In this document: positions 1-9,162 of the stretch, in pieces
How the letters are laid out: every line of letters begins with the position of its first letter
Numbering within the stretch: position 1 is the stretch's first letter
Assembly: GCA_008932965.1 (NCBI GenBank)
Contig: WBXG01000045.1
Coordinates: 1-13,912 of the forward strand
DNA from: Verrucomicrobiota bacterium
GTDB lineage: Bacteria; Verrucomicrobiota; Verrucomicrobiia; Chthoniobacterales; UBA6821
DNA: 13,912 bases
Reading direction: 5' to 3'
Translations under genes and position numbers: made by a program
The notes under the pieces: model-generated
What the model saw: only the letters and a program-made list of their open reading frames with translations
Told to the model about the DNA's origin: nothing
Database searches by the model: none

Positions 1-80
1 CCCAGTGTCAAATGCTCGCCTGGCATGCCCCCTTAGCCTCGCCTCCTCCTCATTACATTAGTATGAAATATTCAGGTTAG
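1..80 (+). repeat. 3' portion of an intergenic repeat element (copy C, cut by the window edge), ending in the 20-bp terminal motif
   Basis: 61-80 GTATGAAATATTCAGGTTAG matches the right-end motif of the elements at 2940-2959 and 9325-9344. Upstream, cctggcatgccc..cctcgcc..cctcattaca aligns with cccggcatccc..cgcccgcc..cctcataaca of element A, with indels of roughly 25 nt in total. Confidence 0.7.
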
Positions 81-152
81 TACAACGTAGCAGTGATGAG
101 ACTTCCGTGTTACCAATAACTCTGGCCACAGAAGATTCACTAGTGAGACCTT

Positions 153-172
153 AAATGAAATAGTTAGGTTAG
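153..172 (+). repeat. Solo copy of the 20-bp intergenic motif, 27 nt upstream of the gyrA start
   Basis: AAATGAAATAGTTAGGTTAG is 16/20 identical to the copy at 61-80. It has the same orientation and lies 92 bp downstream of that copy. Confidence 0.6.
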
Positions 173-198
173 AGTTCGCTTTCAACAATTCTTTTATC

Positions 199-2766
199 TT
201 GTACCACCAAAACGAAAAAATAGAACTCATCGATGTTTCTGAAGAAATGTCGCGGTCCTTCCTCGACTACTCGATGTCGGTCATTATTTCTAGAGCTCTG
301 CCCGATGCTCGAGATGGATTAAAGCCATCCCAGCGTCGCATTCTCTATGCAATGAAAGAGCTTGGGGTCATGCCCGGACGCAAGCACCTCAAGTGCGCTA
401 AGATTGTGGGAGAGACAATGGGTAATTATCACCCGCATGGAGACCAAGCCATTTATCCAACCCTGGTGCATATGGCACAGTCGTGGGCCATGCGTGAGAT
501 GCTCATTGAAGGGCAGGGTAACTTTGGATCTGTTGAGGGTGACCCACCAGCATCCATGCGTTATACAGAGGCACGTCTGCGGCCATTAGGAGCCCTCCTT
601 ATGGAGGACATGGAAAATAATACAGTCGATTTTGTTCCCAACTACGATGATACACGTGAAGAACCGACCGTCTTTCCAGCTGCTTTCCCTAACCTTCTTG
701 TCAATGGTGGCACCGGCATTGCAGTGGGTATGGCGACAAATCTCCCCCCCCATAATCTTGTAGAAATTATTGATGCAATCTGTGCTCAAGTAGAGAATCC
801 CGAGATCACCTTAGAGGAGATCATGGTGCATGTAAAAGGTCCTGACTTCCCAACCGGATGCCAGCTCTGTGGGACACAGGGAATTCGGCAATATTTTGAA
901 ACAGGGCGTGGGTCAGTCAAAGTCCGTGGTCGTGCTGGTTTAGAGGAAATTAAAGGCGGACGCGAACAGATCGTTATTACCGAAATTCCTTACAACGTGA
1001 ATCGTGCCTTGCTCGTAGAACGGATTGCTGGCCTTGTGAATGAAAAAGTATTGCCAGAAATTAGTGCTATTCGTGATGAGTCTGATGAAAATACACGTGT
1101 GGTTATCGAGCTCAAGCGAGATGCTATTCCTAAAGTAGTCATCAACAATCTCTACAAACATACGGCACTGGAATCTTCTTTTTCCGTGATGATGCTAGCC
1201 ATTGATCGTGGGCGTCCCAAGCTTCTCTCACTCAAAGAAGCCATCGCATGCTTTATCGAACATCGTCGTGAGGTCATTTTACGCAGGACTCAATATCTCC
1301 TAGATCAAGCAGAGCTGCGTGCTGAAAAGCTGGAGGGGTATTTGATTGCCTTGGCCAATTTAGATGAATTCATCCGTATTATTCGTGATTCTGCTAATCG
1401 TGAAGAGGCAAAAGTCAAATTGCTTGCATTTGAATTTACAAAAAAGCAAGTAGAGCATTTTGGTCTTCAGGTGCGTCGTGAAGAGCGTCTCGTCGATGGA
1501 AGCTACTTCATGAGCGAGCTCCAAGTCGATGCGATCTTAGAATTGCGTCTCTATCAATTAACCGGTCTCGAGCGGGATAAAGTGATTGGAGAATATACAG
1601 AGCTTCTCAACGTTATCATTGATCTTAATGATATCTTGGCACGTGAAGAACGGGTGCTAGCACTCATTACTTCGGAGCTTCTTGCAATTAAAGAAAAGCA
1701 TGGTCGTCCTCGTCTTACTGAGATTATTCCAGCAGAAGGAGAAATTTCTATTGAAGACCTCATTGCCAATGAAGGATGCATTATTACGATCACTCATAAA
1801 GGTTTTATGAAACGGACCGCAGTTAGTTCCTACCGTGCTCAGAAAAGAGGTGGAAAAGGGGTTGTTGGGATGACCACACGCGAGGCTGCCAATGAAACAG
1901 AGGAAGGTGATTTTGTAGAACATCTTTTTACTGCCAGTGCCCATGACTACCTCGTCTTTTTTACTAAGAGCGGACGTTGTTATGTAGAGCGTGTTTATGA
2001 AATTCCAGAGATGAGTCGTGCCGCCAAAGGACGCTCTATAGCCAATATCTTGAATCTTCAGCCAGGTGAGCAGATTGCAGCAACCCTCCGTATTCAATCT
2101 AAAAATAGTGGTGGTGTTGGAGCTGTTGATACAACCTGGGATCCGGAGCTCCATATCTTTTTTGTCAGTCGCAGTGGTATTGTTAAAAAATCAAACCTGG
2201 CTGACTTCGCAAACATTCGAAAGGGAGGAATCATTGCCATTCAAATTGAAGAGGGAGATGAACTCATCGATGCTGTGCAGACCAATGGTCATGACGAAGT
2301 CGTACTTGTGACCAAGCAAGGTCAAAGCATCCGATTTAGTGAAGAGGAGCTTCGAGATCAAGGCCGCAAGACCGTTGGTGTCTGGGGTATTCGCCTAGCT
2401 GCTAATGATGCTGTGGTAGCTATTGCTGTTGTCTCTCCTCAGGCAACACTTCTTGTGGCCGGTGAACAAGGAATTGGCAAGCGAACCTCCTTCGATCATT
2501 ATCGCAAGCAATCCCGAGGTGGTAAGGGAATCATTACTATGAAAACGGGAGAAAAAACAGGGGTGGTGGTTGGGGCATTAGCAGTGACCGATCAAGATGA
2601 GATCATGCTCATCACTTCGGGTGGACAAATGGTACGAACTCGTGTCGGAGAAATCCGAGAAGTCGGGCGTAACACCATGGGGGTTAAACTCATTAATCTT
2701 CCCAAGAAAGAAAAACTGCAAGCGATTGCTCCAGTAGTCAGTGAAGAAGAGGCTCCATTGATTTAG
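199..2766 (+). CDS. gyrA: DNA gyrase subunit A
   Basis: 855-aa ORF with a TTG start that matches the expected N-terminal length ([40 protein letters not shown]). Catalytic-Tyr motif [10 protein letters not shown] and QRDR block [17 protein letters not shown] are present. The GyrA-box-like QKRGGKG and a repeated C-terminal beta-pinwheel region distinguish it from ParC. Confidence 0.97.
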   Translation: MYHQNEKIELIDVSEEMSRSFLDYSMSVIISRALPDARDGLKPSQRRILYAMKELGVMPGRKHLKCAKIVGETMGNYHPHGDQAIYPTLVHMAQSWAMREMLIEGQGNFGSVEGDPPASMRYTEARLRPLGALLMEDMENNTVDFVPNYDDTREEPTVFPAAFPNLLVNGGTGIAVGMATNLPPHNLVEIIDAICAQVENPEITLEEIMVHVKGPDFPTGCQLCGTQGIRQYFETGRGSVKVRGRAGLEEIKGGREQIVITEIPYNVNRALLVERIAGLVNEKVLPEISAIRDESDENTRVVIELKRDAIPKVVINNLYKHTALESSFSVMMLAIDRGRPKLLSLKEAIACFIEHRREVILRRTQYLLDQAELRAEKLEGYLIALANLDEFIRIIRDSANREEAKVKLLAFEFTKKQVEHFGLQVRREERLVDGSYFMSELQVDAILELRLYQLTGLERDKVIGEYTELLNVIIDLNDILAREERVLALITSELLAIKEKHGRPRLTEIIPAEGEISIEDLIANEGCIITITHKGFMKRTAVSSYRAQKRGGKGVVGMTTREAANETEEGDFVEHLFTASAHDYLVFFTKSGRCYVERVYEIPEMSRAAKGRSIANILNLQPGEQIAATLRIQSKNSGGVGAVDTTWDPELHIFFVSRSGIVKKSNLADFANIRKGGIIAIQIEEGDELIDAVQTNGHDEVVLVTKQGQSIRFSEEELRDQGRKTVGVWGIRLAANDAVVAIAVVSPQATLLVAGEQGIGKRTSFDHYRKQSRGGKGIITMKTGEKTGVVVGALAVTDQDEIMLITSGGQMVRTRVGEIREVGRNTMGVKLINLPKKEKLQAIAPVVSEEEAPLI

Positions 2767-2774
2767 ATTAGGGT

Positions 2775-2958
2775 TAACCCGCATATTTCATACTGATCTA
2801 CTACGGAAGCCGGGAAGTCAGATGGATGCTACGTTAGACTCACATTTTGATTTGGGCAGTATGAGACATACAGCCCGGCATCCCAATCCTTCGCCCGCCT
2901 TGTACTAATAAGCTTTGCACGGCGCCTCATAACACTTCAGTATGAAATATCCGGACTG
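2775..2958. repeat. 184-bp inverted-repeat-bounded intergenic element (copy A), MITE/REP-like, filling the gyrA / adaptor-gene convergent gap
   Basis: The left end CCGCATATTTCATACTGA (2779-2796) pairs with the right end TCAGTATGAAATATCCGG (2937-2954) at 17 of 18 positions. It is colinear with, and the same length as, copy B at 9160-9343. The first ~60 and last ~45 nt are clearly alignable; the middle has diverged. Confidence 0.75.
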
Positions 2959-2968
2959 AGTTTGAAAT

Positions 2969-4066
2969 TTATTTTATGGGGGCGTTTGTTTTATGTGGTT
3001 CTGGATTTGGGGTAGGGGACTCTTTTTTTAAAGGATTTTCCTGAATATAGACATCAACCTGCTGTCCTGAGAAGAGATGAAGCTGGCGTAATGAATCCCG
3101 ATTGGTGATTCGATAAATCACTTGAAGGACTCGTACATCGGTTCGCTCGTGACCGTTACCCGTAAGGACAATTTTAGGAATCACATAGGGTTCAAAACGA
3201 ATAAATTGAAGCTCAATACGAGCTGCAGTACTGCCCCGTAGTTCTGCATAGGCCTTTGCATCGGGCTGGACCCTCCAAGCATCTTGCTCATCGATATTGA
3301 CCCTCACATTCAAATCATCGATATTTCCCAAGATCATTAATGGATCTGTGTTAGCCGCACTGGAGGCATATTGTCCCATACGAGCATGACATTGGAGCAC
3401 CGTCCCATCGATGGGAGAGCGGACATGGAGTAGTTCTAAAGCCGTTTGAGCTTGCTGTAGTTGAGCTGTTGCTAACTGCAGTTGTGACTGGGCTGAGGCT
3501 AGGTTTGCTTGAGCATTTGCAGTAGCAACTCGGTTTAATTTGACTTCATTTTCATTAATAACATGGTTTTGTCCTAACTTATCAGAAGCTTCCTGATTAA
3601 TTTCCGCCTTACTTACTAGCGTCATTACTGCAGTAATATTGTTTTGATCGACAGAAAGCTGAGCTTTTTTTACTGCTACATTGGCTTGTGCATCACGATC
3701 ATCAAGGGAGAAGAGCTCCTGGCCTCGTTTTACTAATTCACCTGCTTTCACATAAACATTGGTAATAAGACCGCTCATAGGAACGCTAAGGCTAATATTT
3801 TCTGTAGTTGGTTCAATGAGCCCAACCCCTGCAACAATCTCATATTCATGATTCGATGGAGAGGGTGGCTGATGAGGTGGTGGCTGTAGGAGGCGCACTT
3901 GCTTTAAATGCAATACAGTTAGCACCGCAAAAATAAGACAAAGGAGTCCTAATGATGGCATGATCCAGCCTCCATAATGACTTTTGGGATGATAGATTCT
4001 TTGATGATCCTCCGGTTTCTGTGCGGAATCATGAGGTTGAGTGGTGGTTTCTTGAGAGGTAGCCAT
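2969..4066 (-). CDS. HlyD-family periplasmic adaptor (membrane fusion protein) of the ABC exporter
   Basis: 365 aa with a single N-terminal TM segment (WIMPSLGLLCLIFAVLTVLHL) followed by a Pro-rich linker. A lipoyl-like hairpin (GLITNVYVKAGELVKRGQELFSLDD) and a Q/A-rich coiled coil (ANAQANLASAQSQLQLATAQLQQAQTALE) lead into a beta-barrel region. It is the last gene of the operon, 17 nt after the ATPase stop. Confidence 0.85.
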   Translation of the reverse strand: MATSQETTTQPHDSAQKPEDHQRIYHPKSHYGGWIMPSLGLLCLIFAVLTVLHLKQVRLLQPPPHQPPSPSNHEYEIVAGVGLIEPTTENISLSVPMSGLITNVYVKAGELVKRGQELFSLDDRDAQANVAVKKAQLSVDQNNITAVMTLVSKAEINQEASDKLGQNHVINENEVKLNRVATANAQANLASAQSQLQLATAQLQQAQTALELLHVRSPIDGTVLQCHARMGQYASSAANTDPLMILGNIDDLNVRVNIDEQDAWRVQPDAKAYAELRGSTAARIELQFIRFEPYVIPKIVLTGNGHERTDVRVLQVIYRITNRDSLRQLHLFSGQQVDVYIQENPLKKESPTPNPEPHKTNAPIK

Positions 4067-4083
4067 AATAAAAACGGTTTAGA

Positions 4084-4806
4084 TTATGATGAAGGAGTAA
4101 TGGTATGAGACGTTATATGATCAATAATTCCATCAGACATTGTGGCAATACGATTTCCAAAACGAAAAATGCGGTCATCATGGGTCACAATAATGACTGC
4201 ACGGTTCGGTGAGAAGGAGATGGAAGTCAGTAGCTCCATTACTAATTGTCCTGTTTGGCTATCTAAGGAGCTGGTCGGTTCATCAGCAATAACAAGATGT
4301 GGCTCATGAATGAGGGCGCGTGCAAAGGCAACCCGTTGTTGCTCTCCGCCACTAAGCTTGCTTGGAAGAGCATTATATCGATGGGTCATCCCAAGACGGT
4401 CTAGCAATAGAGAGGCGCGATGAATGGCCTCATGACGATTGACCCCTGCAGCTAAAAGGGGCACAGCAGCATTTTCACATGCAGTTAAGGCCGGAAGAAG
4501 ATTGAATTGCTGAAAAGCAAAACCGAGATTTTTACGTCGAAATAGCACCTGTTCTTTGGGCGAAAGTGCTGCTAAGTCCTGACCTAAGACCATCACTGTT
4601 CCTGAAGTTGCATTGAGTAATCCTGCGGCAACAGAAAGCAGGGTTGTTTTACCACTACCACTCTGGCCCACAATCAACGTAATTTCACCGTAGTAGACAT
4701 CAAGATTGACCCCTCGCAATACCAATGTAGAACTCTCTCCTTTTCCAAACTCTTTGGTGACTCCTTGCAATGAAACCGCCGCCGTTGGAACTGCTAAACT
4801 ATTCAT
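4084..4806 (-). CDS. ABC transporter ATP-binding protein, MacB/LolD/DevA-like
   Basis: 240 aa with Walker [11 protein letters not shown]-loop FQQFNL, ABC signature LSGGEQQRV, Walker [13 protein letters not shown] and H-loop VTHD. Confidence 0.93.
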   Translation of the reverse strand: MNSLAVPTAAVSLQGVTKEFGKGESSTLVLRGVNLDVYYGEITLIVGQSGSGKTTLLSVAAGLLNATSGTVMVLGQDLAALSPKEQVLFRRKNLGFAFQQFNLLPALTACENAAVPLLAAGVNRHEAIHRASLLLDRLGMTHRYNALPSKLSGGEQQRVAFARALIHEPHLVIADEPTSSLDSQTGQLVMELLTSISFSPNRAVIIVTHDDRIFRFGNRIATMSDGIIDHITSHTITPSS

Positions 4807-4830
4807 CTATTTTAAATCAGAGCCTCCATG

Positions 4831-5997
4831 TTAACCCCTAAAAACGATTGCTGGTTCTAACACAAGAACCTTGCGTAGGCTTGCAAGACTTGCCAGTAAG
4901 ACAATGCTAAAAATGATAATGGCAGTAAAAACAAAGACCTGCCACGGAATCGTAAATCCGCGGGTTGCTGGAAGGTGTGTCGTACGCATGATAAAAAATG
5001 AACACATGCTTACCCCAATAGAATATCCGATGAATGCCACGATACTGGCTTGTAGTAAGATCATTCGTAGGAGTGTTCCGTTGGTGACACCAATAGCCTT
5101 AAGTGCTCCAAATTGTTTTAGATTTTCAATTGTAAAAATATAAAATGTCTGTCCTGCAACGACCATACCTACAATGATTCCTACAATAATAGTCGTCCCA
5201 AAATTAATCGGAATTCCAGTATGCTTCATGTAGTACCAAATCGTCTTCCATCCAAAAGCATTCCAATCAAGAGCCATGAGTCCCGTTTTTGCTTTGATCC
5301 GTTGAGCAACAACCTCAGGAGAGAGCCCAGGATCTGGTTGAGCTAGGACAAAAGACATATTGTTCCGCTGCTGCCCTACAAAATCTAAGGCATTGCTGTA
5401 GCGGGTAAAGCCAACAAGATTAGCATTGAATGCACGCGAAATTTTACAAATTCCAACAATAATGCCTCGTCGTTCATTCATCTCGATCTCACGTCCAATT
5501 TTATAAGGCTCTCCTGGGTAGAGAAGTTTATAGCCATCTCGATCGATAATCACGGCGTCAGGAAGAGAGAGATCTTCAAGCCTTCCAAGTAGCATGTGAG
5601 GGGGTGCTCCTACCAAGCTCGTGTCATCAAGTCCAAAAAGAGTAATTGCACGAAAATTCCCTTTATCAGTACGCATCGTCGCTGTTCCTTTAAATAGTGG
5701 GACGGCCCATGCCACTCCTGGGACCTGACGTACTCGGTAGAGCTTATTATCCGGAAGAGGTCGTGCTTCATCAAAATAGAGGGTGGCGGGATCCATGACC
5801 CAGATCGAGGCATCGACGATATCGCGAATTTGGCTTGTGGTTCGTAGCATTAAACTACAAAAAATCGAACATTGCTGAGAGATCAGGAAGGAAGCAAAGC
5901 CAATGGCAAAAATAAGCCCCAGGTATTTTGGGCGATCCCCTACAAGCATTTTAAAAGCAACAAAATTCATGATGAAAAGGGGATTGCGACTTTGCAA
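4831..5997 (-). CDS. ABC transporter permease, FtsX/MacB-type (DevC-like)
   Basis: 388 aa with an N-terminal TM (YLGLIFAIGFASFLISQ), a periplasmic domain of roughly 220 aa, and three C-terminal TM segments, as in the FtsX-like fold. The ORF-track start is TTG at 5997. An ATG at 5970 (MNFVAFKML...) is an equally plausible true start. Confidence 0.85.
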   Translation of the reverse strand: MQSRNPLFIMNFVAFKMLVGDRPKYLGLIFAIGFASFLISQQCSIFCSLMLRTTSQIRDIVDASIWVMDPATLYFDEARPLPDNKLYRVRQVPGVAWAVPLFKGTATMRTDKGNFRAITLFGLDDTSLVGAPPHMLLGRLEDLSLPDAVIIDRDGYKLLYPGEPYKIGREIEMNERRGIIVGICKISRAFNANLVGFTRYSNALDFVGQQRNNMSFVLAQPDPGLSPEVVAQRIKAKTGLMALDWNAFGWKTIWYYMKHTGIPINFGTTIIVGIIVGMVVAGQTFYIFTIENLKQFGALKAIGVTNGTLLRMILLQASIVAFIGYSIGVSMCSFFIMRTTHLPATRGFTIPWQVFVFTAIIIFSIVLLASLASLRKVLVLEPAIVFRG

Positions 5998-6083
5998 TAA
6001 ATCTAAAATTGAATCTAGTCTCCCTATTTCAAACTATAAAGAACATTTGAAAAGGGGTTTTCAAAAAAAAGTACAACCCCATT

Positions 6084-6103
6084 GATTGAAATATCCGGGC
6101 TAA
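6084..6103 (+). repeat. Copy of the 20-bp intergenic motif in the permease/secA divergent region
   Basis: GATTGAAATATCCGGGCTAA. A degenerate second copy GATGATCTCCGGGTTCG lies at 6132-6148 (CCGGG to CCGGG = 45 bp). A probable degenerate inverted partner CCCTATTTCAAACT lies at 6022-6035. Confidence 0.65.
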
Positions 6104-6213
6104 TTTAGTTGAAACTTTTTTTTGAAACAAAGATGATCTCCGGGTTCGCCCATCCGTTCACAGCCCTTGATGCGTGAACAACATCCTCAGACAGCCTTTT
6201 TCAATTTTTCTTC

Positions 6214-9162
6214 ATGTTCCATTGGATTTTCAAACAGATTATCGGTTCTAAAAATCAACGCGATATTCGGCGGATGCAGCCAGTAGTAGAGCGCATCAAT
6301 AGACTAGAAGAAGAATTTCAAACACTCTCAGAGGAAGCCCTACGCGAGAAAACAGCTGCTTGGAAAGAAGAGCTTTCAGCCATTCAAGATTCTGAAAAAT
6401 TACAAGAGCGACTCGAAGAGCTCCTTCCAGAGGCTTTTGCTATGGTCAAAAATGCAGCACGTCGTCTTTGTGGAAAGAAATTTCTGGTATGTGATCATGA
6501 GTTTCATTGGAACATGATTCCCTTTGATGTGCAGCTGGTTGGAGGGATGGTGCTCCATCATGGACAGATTGCTGAAATGGCAACAGGAGAGGGAAAGACC
6601 TTAGTTGCTACCTTACCGATTTATCTCAATGCACTCACCGGGCGTGGAGTCCATCTGATCACAGTCAATGACTACCTCTCAAGGCGTGATGCAGAGTGCA
6701 TGGGGCAGCTCTATCGATTTTTAGGACTCACCACAGGAATCATTCAACATGATCAATCCCCAGAAGAGCGCCGTGCTCAGTACGAATGTGACATCACCTA
6801 TGGAACTAATAGTGAGTTTGGATTTGATTATCTCCGTGATAATGGAATGGCCACCAACCGTGGTCAGCAAGTGCAGCGGGGGCACTACTTTGCTATTGTT
6901 GATGAAGTGGACTCTATCTTAATTGATGAAGCTCGTACTCCGCTCATTATCAGTGGTCCAGCAACGATCTCCACCCACCAGTATGATCACCTCAAGCCGC
7001 TCATTGCTGATCTTGTGAGAAAACAGTCGATGCTCTGCACGCGCTTGGTCAATGAAGCTAAAGAGCTCGAACAACAAGGAAAAAAGGAGCAAGCGGGACT
7101 CTTGTTATTTAAGGTTAAGCTGGGACAACCGCGCAATAAGGGATTATTGAAATCGATGGAGGATCCAGAAATTCGTAAACTCATTGATAAGGCAGAACTC
7201 TCGTTTTATCAAGAGACCTCCAAAGATGCCCTTGTGGAGCTTAAAGAAGAACTCTACTTCTCCATTGATGAACGCCAGCAAGAGGCTGATCTTACCGAAC
7301 TAGGACGTCTTTTTCTCAATCCTGACGATCCTAATGCTTTTGTCCTTCCTGATCTTCTCACTCAATTTGCCGATATTGATGCTGATTCTACCCTAGATGA
7401 GAATGAAAAAAACAAACGAAAGCAGGGGGCTCAGCAGCATTGTGATGTTCAAGCAGAGCGGATGCACAACATTGCACAGCTTTTAAAAGCATATTGCCTC
7501 TATGAGCAGGATGTGGAGTATGTCGTTGAAGAGAATAAAGTCATCATTGTTGATACCTTCACAGGAAGAAAAATGCCAGGTCGCCGCTGGAGTGATGGTC
7601 TGCATCAAGCAGTTGAGGCTAAGGAGGGAGTTCAGATTGATCGAGAGACTCAGACGCTAGCAACCATCACCATTCAAAATTATTTTCGACTTTACGAAAA
7701 ACTAGCTGGTATGACCGGAACGGCAGAAACCGAGGCCCACGAGTTTCATGATATCTATGGTCTCGATGTGACCGTTATTCCCACGAACAAGCCAGTCCGG
7801 CGTATCGATAACAATGATCGTATTTTTAAAACACGACGTGAAAAATATTCTGCTGTCATTGCCGAGATTGCAGCAGCCCATCATCGTGGTCAGCCGGTGC
7901 TTGTCGGAACAGCAAGTGTGGAGGCCTCGGAGCTAATGAGTCGCATGCTCAAGCGTGAAAAAATTCCCCATACCGTCCTTAATGCCAAGTTTCATATGCA
8001 AGAGGCTGAAATTATTGCTCGTGCAGGACTCCGAGGAGCCGTCACAATCTCCACAAACATGGCAGGTCGAGGAACCGATATTAAGCTTGGGGAAGGGGTC
8101 CTAGAAACGGGGGGGCTTTTTGTTTTAGGAACCGAACGCCACGAATCGCGACGTATCGATCGCCAGCTACGAGGTCGCTGTGCTCGTCAAGGGGATCCAG
8201 GACTCTCCCGTTTTTACATTAGCTTTGAAGATGACCTCATGCGTAACTTTGGAGCCAGTGATCGAATGACCAAAATCATGGAGAGCTTTGGTATTAAAGA
8301 GGGAGAGGAGCTTGAGCATCCGTGGCTTAACAAGAGCGTAGAGACTGCCCAAAAACGGGTTGAAGAGCGCAACTATCAGATGCGTCGACGCACCTTGGAA
8401 TTCGATGATGTGATGAATCAGCAGCGGGGAGTGATTTATGGCTATCGCAATGAAGTGATGGATTGTGCCCATCCTCGTGACATGATTGATGAAGTCATTG
8501 ATGAGGTAGTACCAAAAAAAGTGGCTTCATTTTTGGAGACCCATGGGGAGGAGCCCGATGTGGTTGGCCTCTTACATTGGGTTAATACGACCTTTCCATT
8601 GGGAATGACCGAAGAGAAAGCTGCTTTTTCCAAACGTAGTCTCGAAGAAAATAGCACCTTTTTAATTACGACCTTAAAAAATACCTATGAGAAAAAAGCA
8701 GCCCTCGAGTTAGCGGAGGCCCGAATCAGCCTAGAGCGCTATGTCATTCTCAATGCCATTGATCGACTCTGGCAAGAACACCTCTACGCGATGGATGGGT
8801 TGCGCGAAGCGGTCTACTTACGCGCCTATGGACAAAAAGATCCTCTCATGGAGTACAAAACAGAGGCCTATGCGATGTTCGTGGAGCTCATGCAACAGAT
8901 CAAAGAAGAGGTCTTAAGTAATCTCTTCCGTAGCACCACGAACCTCCAGGCCTTTGAAGCACTACTCTCGAGCATGCCTCAGCATCTCATCCACCAAAAT
9001 ACCCAGGAGCAAAAGCACCCTGCTCCCCACTCCTCCCGCCATGAGGAACAAGAGCAGACCTTCCATCTCCCTATTCAACGGGATCTCCCCAAAGTCGGAC
9101 GCAACGACCCTTGCCCCTGCGGGAGCGAAAAGAAATTCAAGCTCTGCTGCGGGAAGGGGTAA
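6214..9162 (+). CDS. secA: Preprotein translocase ATPase SecA
   Basis: 982 aa with a typical N-terminus (IIGSKNQRDIRRM), Walker A MATGEGKT and DEAD-like VDEVDSILIDEARTPLIISG. GTAETEA and TNMAGRGTDIKLG motifs are present, as is the C-terminal zinc-binding tail CPCGSEKKFKLCCG. Confidence 0.97.
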   Translation: MFHWIFKQIIGSKNQRDIRRMQPVVERINRLEEEFQTLSEEALREKTAAWKEELSAIQDSEKLQERLEELLPEAFAMVKNAARRLCGKKFLVCDHEFHWNMIPFDVQLVGGMVLHHGQIAEMATGEGKTLVATLPIYLNALTGRGVHLITVNDYLSRRDAECMGQLYRFLGLTTGIIQHDQSPEERRAQYECDITYGTNSEFGFDYLRDNGMATNRGQQVQRGHYFAIVDEVDSILIDEARTPLIISGPATISTHQYDHLKPLIADLVRKQSMLCTRLVNEAKELEQQGKKEQAGLLLFKVKLGQPRNKGLLKSMEDPEIRKLIDKAELSFYQETSKDALVELKEELYFSIDERQQEADLTELGRLFLNPDDPNAFVLPDLLTQFADIDADSTLDENEKNKRKQGAQQHCDVQAERMHNIAQLLKAYCLYEQDVEYVVEENKVIIVDTFTGRKMPGRRWSDGLHQAVEAKEGVQIDRETQTLATITIQNYFRLYEKLAGMTGTAETEAHEFHDIYGLDVTVIPTNKPVRRIDNNDRIFKTRREKYSAVIAEIAAAHHRGQPVLVGTASVEASELMSRMLKREKIPHTVLNAKFHMQEAEIIARAGLRGAVTISTNMAGRGTDIKLGEGVLETGGLFVLGTERHESRRIDRQLRGRCARQGDPGLSRFYISFEDDLMRNFGASDRMTKIMESFGIKEGEELEHPWLNKSVETAQKRVEERNYQMRRRTLEFDDVMNQQRGVIYGYRNEVMDCAHPRDMIDEVIDEVVPKKVASFLETHGEEPDVVGLLHWVNTTFPLGMTEEKAAFSKRSLEENSTFLITTLKNTYEKKAALELAEARISLERYVILNAIDRLWQEHLYAMDGLREAVYLRAYGQKDPLMEYKTEAYAMFVELMQQIKEEVLSNLFRSTTNLQAFEALLSSMPQHLIHQNTQEQKHPAPHSSRHEEQEQTFHLPIQRDLPKVGRNDPCPCGSEKKFKLCCGKG

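Noticed and set aside
744-751. Homopolymer tracts as phase-variation switches: C8 in gyrA at 744-751, G7 in the chaperone gene at 10771-10777, G7 in secA at 8109-8115
   Set aside because: The gyrA tract encodes the conserved LPPH segment of an essential gene. Similar 7-8-nt runs occur in several housekeeping genes here, so they look like codon usage for Pro/Gly rather than contingency loci.
362-2784. Multiple 60-165-aa ORFs on both strands inside gyrA (for example 1657-2154 minus and 2066-2311 plus)
   Set aside because: They lie entirely within the strongly supported gyrA frame. Their translations are low-complexity or Cys/Ser/Arg-rich in the way off-frame products are, with no recognisable motifs. 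They are shadow ORFs.
2861-2908. 15-codon ORF (MRHTARHPNPSPALY) inside element A as a micropeptide
   Set aside because: There is no ribosome-binding context, and it is not conserved in element B or in partial copy C.
4822-4826. GGAGG (minus strand) upstream of the ABC ATPase gene as a Shine-Dalgarno sequence
   Set aside because: It lies 16 nt from the ATG, too far for a functional SD. Most genes in this window show no clear SD at all.
6084-6103. The motif itself as a sigma70-type promoter (TTGAAA as -35, or TGATGAAAT as an extended -10)
   Set aside because: No copy has a properly spaced -35/-10 pair. TGAAAT lacks the critical A at -10 position 2. The same motif also occurs in convergent gaps, where a promoter would drive only antisense transcription. 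Any promoter role remains an open test, not a call.
6156-6179. Inverted repeat GTTCAC-N12-GTGAAC in the secA leader as an operator or attenuator
   Set aside because: Only 6-bp arms with no extension, which could easily arise by chance. I cannot match it to any known regulator site.
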